A stretch of 64,000 nt of DNA from assembly GCA_004764695.1 (NCBI GenBank), contig SMSO01000031.1:4626436-4690435 (forward strand). Reading direction: 5' to 3'. The DNA comes from Schizochytrium sp. TIO01. Its lineage: Eukaryota; Protista; Bigyra: Labyrinthulomycetes. This document shows, piece by piece, positions 45,777-54,158 of the stretch. The notes beneath the pieces were generated by a model. The model saw nothing but the letters and a program-made list of their open reading frames with translations, was not told the origin of the DNA and searched no databases. Each line of letters begins with the position of its first letter. Position 1 is the first letter of the stretch. The translations under genes and the position numbers were made by a program.

Positions 45777-48700
45777 ATGCGGGCAACAACGAAACTTCCG
45801 ATGACTTTGACAACAGGTAATATACCGAGACCTTACACAGCTGGAAACCCGTCACCAGCATCAACAGACCACAAAGCTAAAAGGGGACGAATGGTAGGTA
45901 GAAACAAGACTCTCAATCGAGATTACCCTGCGACGATTGATGACACAGATTCTTTGATGAGGCTATGCACTTGCGATGATTGCATGGCAAAAGTTCGGGA
46001 TGAGGCGCGTGCGAGGGTACTAGCTAGGAGCTCCCAGCCATGGAGCAGGCGTGCTGGCCTTGGTGAGGCGGATTATATGTCGTGTGGATGTAAAGAACGG
46101 CCGCGAAGTGCATTAGGGCAGACACAGCGATTGGAAAGTCCGACATGGCTTACTAATGAGTGCCATTCGAGACAAATACAAAGACCCCTTCCCATAAATC
46201 GATCATTTTTAGTAAGCAATAAAGCTGTGCGGCGCAAACTTGGACGCGCTAAATGTGTCTCGAGTTCGACAGATAAACGTTTACGTGATTTGGAGAAGTT
46301 ATTCGGCTTAGCAGAAAAACATGGCGTAACGCTCAAGTCAACAAAGCCTGGCCCACTTCCTTCATTCCAGGAACTACAACGCAGGGAACGCCGGAGACGC
46401 AAGCGTATCCAAGCAGCAGGTGAGCAACGATTTGCGGCAGTGGATATTCAGCGCATATGGCGGGGATACAGTGCACGTAAGCGCACGAGACTCGTGCATG
46501 GAAGAATTTGTCTTGCACAAGCTCTTATTCGTGGACATATTCAACGTGTAAGCCGCGAAATTGAAACTCTACGCGCGGAGCGCGAGGCTGCAACTATGAT
46601 TCAGAGTTTCATGCGAAAGAAAATTGCATGTGCAGAAGTTGGAGCACTTCGTGAAGCACGGGCACGAGCTGAACACGAGGCTGCCTTACTACAACAGCAG
46701 CTTGAACTCGACTCTGCAACCACCTTGCAATCTATCTGGCGAGGTAATGTTGCTCGAAATAGTTTTTCGAGGCGTCGATCAAGTGTGATTATGGTTCAGT
46801 CATTGTTCCGCCAAAGGTTTGCCTCACGTGAGGTCGAGGAACTTCGTCAAGAACGGCACCGGCAGAGTGAGGCTATTTTAATGATTCAAAAATGCACTCG
46901 CGGTGCGCTTACTCGCACTGCTCTGCGTGCAGCTAAAGAAGATTCAGCAGCTCGTGTGATACAGAAGCTTATGAGGTGGTACTTAAACCGTGCTCAGCTC
47001 CGCCTCCATCGGCTTTTAAAAAATAACTTGCAAAATATGTGGAATGATTTGCGTGATGAGGCATCTTCCGGCGAAGAATGCATCAAACTATTATTAAAAG
47101 ACTACCCTCAGTTTGATCGTAATGAAGCAGCTATTCACGCAGCATTGTTCATTATGTTTGCACGTCGTAACTTCGACGAAGCTGTTGATCTTGTTCAATC
47201 ACACGCTTCCACAAATGATCCACGAGCTTGCTATCTCCGTGCACTTGCTATGCGCCTCGGCGGTAGAGGAGCTCCGGGTCTTCTTGTGCAGCTTGTGGGA
47301 AAGGGAAAACAGCTTGAGCTTGATATTCGCCTACGCGAGGAGAAAGTTACCCCAAAAGTCTTTTTTGGGCCAGGACGAACTACAGCACTCCCCTGTATGG
47401 AAGAGCTTGAGTTTCTTTTGCGTACGTCTGTCAACGCATCTGGGAATCTCGGAGATGAACGTGCAAAACGTCTTTGTATACATGGTGCATTCCGTCACCT
47501 TGTTGTTAAAGATACAGACGGCGCAGAACGCTTACTCTTAGAGGCCGCTGCACTCACGCCACATGACCCCTTTGTGAGTATGTGTTTCTATGGGAGAGAT
47601 GCTAAACCCGACGAACCACTGCCAAGTCCAGGTCTTTGTGAAGAGGATTTTGCTGGTAGCGGTGCTCTATGCGTATTGATTAAGGAAGATCTCATCCTTC
47701 GAGAATTTGATCATGTGCGAGTTTCTGTCCTCGAACGGCGGAGCAAGCGTGGAAGAATTGATCTAATGTTTTCTGCAACGTGTTTGTCATCCGAATCGAA
47801 TGATAAGGATGATCAACGAAAAACCCTTATTATGGCCCATTCTCAACTGCGAGAGTGGGCATCTTTCCTGGACCAGCCAGATGCGATCACAGTAAAATGT
47901 ACCCCTCTGGCAGTTTCCCTTTATGCCGAATTGGTGGACTCGCTTGATGTTGTACGCACAGATCGCGACAATGCAACATGGTCGACTGTAGAGCTTGCAT
48001 TAAGGTTTACACAAAGATCAATTGGGACTCGTGTTCAGCGCACGCGCATGGGCCACCTCCTAAGTATCACCTTCTTTCTAGAAGAGCAGCTTCGATTGAG
48101 AATTACTGCTTATTGCGCGGCCCTGGACGATTCATTCGCTGTAGTGTTGGGAAAGACACAAATTGAGTCTCTCTGCATGGATTCCCCTTTTTTAAAGAGA
48201 ATGTTTGCTACAAGAGGATGGCGCCGTGCTACGCATTTCTCTCCGCTGTTGGATCGTGTGGCTCGGCTTTTGGAGCTTGTTGACCCCCCACCAGAGACGC
48301 CAAGATACCTTTCCTACACGCGTTCAGACCCGTTACTTGTAAACAATCGAGTAGTGAAACGTCCTTTCAAACAACAATATAATTCCTTAGGCCTGACCTC
48401 AGGAAAATTCCTCAAGATAAGTGGTCTTGAAGAAGCGATGCGCTCCGCTCGACGTAACTGGGCTGCCGAACGAATTCAATCCCTCTTCCATCTGCAACGT
48501 GCCTATGATGCATACTATCAGGCGATATTAGATCGAGCTGCAACCCATATGCAACGTATCTGGCGAGGATACACCGCACGCCGTGCCGGAGAATACTACA
48601 AAGCTGAGGCACGGAAACACCGGGCTGCATCCAAGCTTGCAGCTTTCGGTCATGGCATCAGGGATCGGAAAAAGCTTCAAAATGATTTGAAAGAAATTAT

Positions 48701-49874
48701 GGGTACTGCATCCTCGGGAAGCTGGCAAGCTTATTGGTGCGCTGCTGCCGTACAGCGGAGATTTGGTGGTGTTTTGTATGACTCCATTTACTCTTTTGAT
48801 GTCGATGCTGATGTTGACTTTGGTGCGCTTGCGACCTGTGATGGGGACTTTGAGCTAGCGAGGGAATTGTATTTTGAACGTGCAGTTCGTGTCTGGCCTC
48901 AATCATCGCGGCCTCTCATTGTCTATGCTTTGGCACTGATGGAATTTACTCATGATTATACTCGTGCTATGAATCTTTTAGCTCAAGCAAACGAACTCCG
49001 TCCTGTGCACCCAAAGTTCTACCAAAGCATAGAAATGCAACAGCAGTCGCGTGCGCAAGCTGTGTTGACGCTACAGCGCATGTGGCGTCATACACGAAGC
49101 CGACCTCGTTACTCCTTTTTTCTGGCATCCGAAATGGCATGTGCTCAAAAGGCGATCGAAATGGGTCTTGCTACTGTTAGCGATTGGGAAGCCCATGTAT
49201 TTGGCTTGCAAGCGCTTCACTTTAAAGATCTGGAGGCTTTAGATATCTACGAGCGTACGCTGCTGCGGAGGTTTCCACAACGTTTCTCTTTTCGTCTAGG
49301 TCATGCGATATTAAGGCGCCAATACCCAGGCCCTGTTCCTGAAAATGCGGATCTGGAGGCCATTTTGCGTTATTTTCGTCATGCTGTTCGAGTCGCAAAC
49401 CCCAAAACATTGGCCCCAGCTTTAGCAAATTTATCACTATTATATTGGTTTCTCGGGGCTCACGCTTTAGCCGAGGGCATGATCCGGCGTGCCATGGAAA
49501 AGTCTCCCGATTGTAGTGCTAGCCTTGAGGCATTTTATACATTTCGAAAATTTTCCAAGAATCTGAAAAATTGCGGGTTACCAACAGGTTTCAAACTTGA
49601 TGACGAAGGAAATGGAAATATGGGTCTTCAAGCTGCGATTCGCGCTCAACTTAAGAGGCGCCTCGAGCTCGAGCGGGCAGCGCAACAACGTGTAGAAGAC
49701 GAAATCCTTGCTCAGGCTCGCGAATGTGAGGAAATGAGAAAACATGATAAGCCTCCACCTAGTTTTGTTCAACAACGAACCATGCGAGAGGCAATTATGA
49801 CCCAAAGTCAGATTGCAGAAGCACGACGGAAGGCGAAGCAGGAGCGACGAAATAAAAGAAAGGGCAAGAAATGA
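45777..49874 (+). CDS. Large multi-IQ-motif (calmodulin-binding) protein with TPR-like helical repeats
   Basis: Uninterrupted ORF of about 1370 aa with more than 10 IQ motifs (AVDIQRIWRGY, ATMIQSFMR, ATTLQSIWRG, ATHMQRIWRGY, LTLQRMWR) and TPR-like segments. The start codon is uncertain. Confidence 0.8.
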   Translation: MRATTKLPMTLTTGNIPRPYTAGNPSPASTDHKAKRGRMVGRNKTLNRDYPATIDDTDSLMRLCTCDDCMAKVRDEARARVLARSSQPWSRRAGLGEADYMSCGCKERPRSALGQTQRLESPTWLTNECHSRQIQRPLPINRSFLVSNKAVRRKLGRAKCVSSSTDKRLRDLEKLFGLAEKHGVTLKSTKPGPLPSFQELQRRERRRRKRIQAAGEQRFAAVDIQRIWRGYSARKRTRLVHGRICLAQALIRGHIQRVSREIETLRAEREAATMIQSFMRKKIACAEVGALREARARAEHEAALLQQQLELDSATTLQSIWRGNVARNSFSRRRSSVIMVQSLFRQRFASREVEELRQERHRQSEAILMIQKCTRGALTRTALRAAKEDSAARVIQKLMRWYLNRAQLRLHRLLKNNLQNMWNDLRDEASSGEECIKLLLKDYPQFDRNEAAIHAALFIMFARRNFDEAVDLVQSHASTNDPRACYLRALAMRLGGRGAPGLLVQLVGKGKQLELDIRLREEKVTPKVFFGPGRTTALPCMEELEFLLRTSVNASGNLGDERAKRLCIHGAFRHLVVKDTDGAERLLLEAAALTPHDPFVSMCFYGRDAKPDEPLPSPGLCEEDFAGSGALCVLIKEDLILREFDHVRVSVLERRSKRGRIDLMFSATCLSSESNDKDDQRKTLIMAHSQLREWASFLDQPDAITVKCTPLAVSLYAELVDSLDVVRTDRDNATWSTVELALRFTQRSIGTRVQRTRMGHLLSITFFLEEQLRLRITAYCAALDDSFAVVLGKTQIESLCMDSPFLKRMFATRGWRRATHFSPLLDRVARLLELVDPPPETPRYLSYTRSDPLLVNNRVVKRPFKQQYNSLGLTSGKFLKISGLEEAMRSARRNWAAERIQSLFHLQRAYDAYYQAILDRAATHMQRIWRGYTARRAGEYYKAEARKHRAASKLAAFGHGIRDRKKLQNDLKEIMGTASSGSWQAYWCAAAVQRRFGGVLYDSIYSFDVDADVDFGALATCDGDFELARELYFERAVRVWPQSSRPLIVYALALMEFTHDYTRAMNLLAQANELRPVHPKFYQSIEMQQQSRAQAVLTLQRMWRHTRSRPRYSFFLASEMACAQKAIEMGLATVSDWEAHVFGLQALHFKDLEALDIYERTLLRRFPQRFSFRLGHAILRRQYPGPVPENADLEAILRYFRHAVRVANPKTLAPALANLSLLYWFLGAHALAEGMIRRAMEKSPDCSASLEAFYTFRKFSKNLKNCGLPTGFKLDDEGNGNMGLQAAIRAQLKRRLELERAAQQRVEDEILAQARECEEMRKHDKPPPSFVQQRTMREAIMTQSQIAEARRKAKQERRNKRKGKK

Positions 49875-50092
49875 TAAAGTTGCTGAGCATTTTATCTGTG
49901 TTCGAAAATTAAAATTCAGGATGCAGTCACTGATCTAAGTGAACTGTGAAATTTAGAGTAGAAAACCTAGCTCACGTGAAGGAATACATGTATAGCCGTA
50001 AACATTTCTATAATTCTTTTCTTTCACATTTTTTTTTTTCTGTAGTAACTTTGTCATAACTCAAAGAAATAGGTTTGAATCTTAAGTCTAAA

Positions 50093-50768
50093 TCAGTTGT
50101 TCTCATTTCCAGGGTTGATAAAACCAGCACCCGCGACTTTCCAGAAGTTCAAATAAGCCGCTTTGAATTCGTCAGTGGGGATAAGGGAGTTGTCGTCATT
50201 CTAACTGGCGCAGAAGATATTGATGCGGAAGGTCTTGGCGTTTGCACGACCAATGGAAACCTCGCCTTGGTTCGTGTACCATCCAAACTCCCAATCAGGG
50301 AAAAGCAGCTCTGCTCCTTTACTGCGCACACCCATGAATTCTCCCACATTTGCAATAAGACCATCTTTCACTGTAGATCCTCCACAAATGTCTTATACTG
50401 AGGCATGCTATCTAACTCAAACCTCCCCAAATGTTATCATCCATTAGACGCACCACATTATCTGTCGCGGGGCGCGCCATTAGATTAGGATCATAGGTTG
50501 TCTCCGAAGAACTGGTCCCGCTGGAAGCTGTTGTACTTCCAGTATCACCTCCCGCAGAAGTCGTGGAGGTACTTGTATTCCCCATCATCATCATTTTCCG
50601 CATCAGGATCGTCATCATTCGTGTCTTGTAACCAATGTCGTTCGCATCGAGGTAAGAATTAGCACGAGCGATCATTAAGGGACCGGAAGAAGTCAGTGCG
50701 AGAATCACCAAGATACCAATGATCAAAATCGCAATGCCCAACCTTAATTTCTGCTCGGGATTAATCAT
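50093..50768 (-). pseudogene. Type II membrane/secreted protein gene, apparently disrupted
   Basis: ORF 50412-50768 has a TM and Ser/Thr stalk. Coding-like sequence continues in another frame (VKDGLIANVGEFMGVRSKGAELLFPDWEFGWYTNQG...IFCAS*NDDNSLIPTDEFKAAYLNFWK...) with an internal TAG at 50203-50201. Confidence 0.4.
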
Positions 50769-51944
50769 TGCAATTCGCTCTTTTTGTGTCTCTCTGGCGC
50801 TGCAAAACGATGTCTTTGTTTTACAGGAACCTTAACTTTAAAAAGGAGATAATATTTTTTGGTAGGATGTGACCGGCTTAGAAAGGATCCTGGATGACCC
50901 AAACGCCCTTTCTCTGGGCAGAGCTGCCTCTATGTCACGAGCGGCCAATAATCGGGTAGGCAACAAGGGGGGAGAAGGTGCAGGAATAGCATTTGTCACA
51001 ACTGGCGTCTTGCTTGGAGGCAGGGCGGTCGCTGGCTCAGGAGTACAAAGCGAAGGAAAACCTCGCTCTCGCTCCCAGTGGGATAGAGAACTAACTATCT
51101 ATATGAGAAGTTAGTCTTCGTAATAAGAGTCTACATAGTCATAAACATAAGTACTCAGTTCTCTTTTTTCTTTCTCTTTTTTTTTTAAATTTTTTTTTTT
51201 AAATTAAATTAAATTAATAAATTTTAATACAGCAATGAAAAGAAAAAGGTAGACCTCAAATAAGCGAGTGAATGAATGAATGAGAGAAAAAGAAACTTCG
51301 AATTATGGCAGACGTCGAGCTTCATATTTGGAGGAATAATATATATGCGAAGCTAACAAGGATGATTCGAATGATATCACTTAACAATGAGACAAAATCT
51401 AGTCTAGGGTGTCCCTTTAGATTGATTTTACTAAACTTGTTGCTTGAGGTGCCTAAGGAAACCTCAGTCTTCCAGGACCGACATGATAAGCGGAGATGTT
51501 GCCTTTTGAAAGGACATAGGGTTCCAGAAAATTAAAGTTGAAAAAGTGGCCACAGCTTTGCACGCGCCCTCCAAGTTCATCTGCCTGAAACCGCTTAATG
51601 CCATGTACCGGGCCAAAAGTTGACCACTCTATCTAAAGTCGGGCAGGGAAACCCCACGATACCCCCCCCCCCTCATGTCGGAGTCATAGTCAGTAGTACC
51701 TGCTTTTATTTTAGACAATGATCATGGACAATATGAACTGAGGATATCAACAGAGAGGTTTGTTCCAAAGTTGAAAAGTAGATCTACAGTTGATCATAGG
51801 TACGCCATAATTTCTAGTTTAACAATTAGATAAAAATGAGGTTAACTGTCCACCATCGCTCTCATGGACTGTTAGATAATTGCTGTGTAGAGCTCTTCTC
51901 GCTGAAGACCGGCAACGAAGCGCTGAGAATGCGCAATTCAGACT

Positions 51945-52215
51945 GGCAGACACTTCACACATCCATATTACAGAAAAGGTAGGTACTAGGTACCTTAGGT
52001 ACCTACTCTTTAAAGCTAAGAAAAGTATATTCTTAATACAGAAGTACTTCACACTCATATTGCAAAAGGAGTAGATGCTAGGTACCTACCTCCACTCTCA
52101 AAGCTAAGAGGATTAAATTCGAAATACAGAAGTACTTCACATTCATAATGCAGAAGAAGAAGAAATAGTAGATACTATCCTCTCGCAAAGCTAAGAGAAG
52201 TAAATTCGAAATACA
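51945..52215. repeat. Degenerate ~88-bp tandem repeat, three copies
   Basis: Recurrent acttcaca, aaagctaaga and ttcgaaataca blocks. Units start near 51948, 52039 and 52127. Confidence 0.75.
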
Positions 52216-52374
52216 AAACCTTCAATTAAGGGTCTTACTGGGCAGACAGGCAGGCACGCAAACAGGCATCTGAAACGAGGAAGCTCCTAGACCTTGGCAA
52301 ACTCAAAATTGATTTAAAGACCCAAGGACAAAGTAGTCCAGCTCGCAAATATAAATTTTAAAGCAACAACGACG

Positions 52375-53526
52375 ATGACAGCGGATGTTGGGGAGCAAAA
52401 GCCCAAAAGTTTGCTTTATCTTGGCTTATGTTGCATAGCAAGTGGCGCCACAGTCTTGGGATTTGGCGCAAGTGCCGTGCTCGAGAACTCAAGTATGCTG
52501 CAAGTCTTTAAAGAATCATGGGGCGCTGGAGGATCAAGCTTTGCAGAAATCTCAGTTGCGATGATAATGGCAGCAGCAGGCTGCGGTGGAATTGTGCTTT
52601 TTTCAGGTGTAGGTTACATCATATTGTATTTTCGAGAGAGCAATTGTGTTTGCAAGCTTCTTCTTCTTTTCCTCTTTGCAGCCTCAGCAGTACAAATTGC
52701 CGGTGGTGTGATGTTTGGTACGACGCTCAGCTCAAGTTTAACATCGTTAACGAAGCAGGCAAACTCTACTGACATTCCTGTCAGAGATCGAGTGTATCTA
52801 GAGATGGGCAATGCTGTGTATAATAAATGTTGCTATCCGGAATGGATTAACTCAACAGACTCTGAGATCACAGATCCACCAAATTATGATGGGGATCTTC
52901 GGCTTTTGTTTCAGTACGAAATTCAAGATTGTGCAAACGGATACCCGGCCGATACATTAGGAATTCAAAAAGTCCAGCTGGAATCAATCAAAGCACTTCT
53001 TCGCAGTTGTTATGATCCGGACGTGTACATACCAATGTATGATCATCTGGATGATTCAATTTGTGATGCGTTCGAAGCGGTCGATGTGCCTATGGGAACA
53101 AGTCTTAAAATCCCAACAACATCTTACTCTGTGTTGGATGCCCTCAGGATTGCTGGAATCATCCCAAATGACTATGTTATTGATGACTGGGCGATGGTAG
53201 GTTTCCCAGCAGAAACTGACCCTGAGGGCAACCCAGGGTTTAATTGTGGACTTATGCATGCAAAAGCAATTGCATGGATACAGCATCTCTGGCTTTCTGA
53301 GAACTTAGGTGGTTTTGTTTACACATGCATTGCCTGCGGTGCCGTGCAGCTTATCGGAATCCTGGCACTCATTGTATATAAGTACATTGGCAATGGAGGG
53401 TTGAGTGATGAGTGGATTGACTATGAAGCTAAAGCAGGTGCAGGTAGTGCTGTTGTCGCACCAGCTCACCGCATGGCTTATAGCCGCAGTACTGAAGACT
53501 CCAGTTCAGACAGAGTGGAATTCTAA
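52375..53526 (+). CDS. Tetraspanin-like four-TM protein with enlarged Cys-containing extracellular loop
   Basis: Three N-terminal TMs, a loop of about 190 aa with KCCY plus four more Cys, a fourth TM and a short tail. Confidence 0.55.
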   Translation: MTADVGEQKPKSLLYLGLCCIASGATVLGFGASAVLENSSMLQVFKESWGAGGSSFAEISVAMIMAAAGCGGIVLFSGVGYIILYFRESNCVCKLLLLFLFAASAVQIAGGVMFGTTLSSSLTSLTKQANSTDIPVRDRVYLEMGNAVYNKCCYPEWINSTDSEITDPPNYDGDLRLLFQYEIQDCANGYPADTLGIQKVQLESIKALLRSCYDPDVYIPMYDHLDDSICDAFEAVDVPMGTSLKIPTTSYSVLDALRIAGIIPNDYVIDDWAMVGFPAETDPEGNPGFNCGLMHAKAIAWIQHLWLSENLGGFVYTCIACGAVQLIGILALIVYKYIGNGGLSDEWIDYEAKAGAGSAVVAPAHRMAYSRSTEDSSSDRVEF

Positions 53527-54158
53527 TGCATTTTATTTTCCTGAAACAGTTCATAAGGAAATGTCTTCACTCGATTTAAAGTATATATATATATATCCAT
53601 ACATGTTGATATCGCTTCAAAATTTAAGTTTACATCATGCCATTCATGTTGTACTCCTCTTTAATTGCACCTCTACATTCGAAAAATCGAACATACTCGT
53701 TCCGAAGATTCCTCACCTTTCTTGCTTTCGCAATCAAGTTTATGCGAGAGTCTTAGTGTTGGAGAAATTGAAGAAATTTTAGCACTAGTACAAAAATCAT
53801 AGTATCATCAAATGCTTTTGAGCAATCCCATTTTGTGCTAAGCACATGAAGGAATAAATTCCAACCTACTTACTATATAGCAAGAAAGAAACTTTTCGAA
53901 ACATCTAGTAGTACCTAGGTAGGTAGGTACTAGGCTTTATCTTAGTAATAGGTACTCCTAGTATCACCTACATTGGGCATTTCACAAAACAACGGATAGT
54001 TGCAGGAGGCATTTTGAATGAACATGGCAAAGGCAAACTTAGCACGTGGTGGGTGAGATCGCGCACAATTTCTGGCGCCTTCCAACCTCAATTGCACTGC
54101 TCTACATAGCAGCTTGACGGCACTTCGTGCGTGTTTACGACGCGTTGTTCAGTGCACG

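Noticed and set aside
51945-52215. CRISPR-like repeat/spacer appearance
   Set aside because: Only three degenerate units, the variable parts are homologous to each other, there are no cas genes, and the context is eukaryotic.
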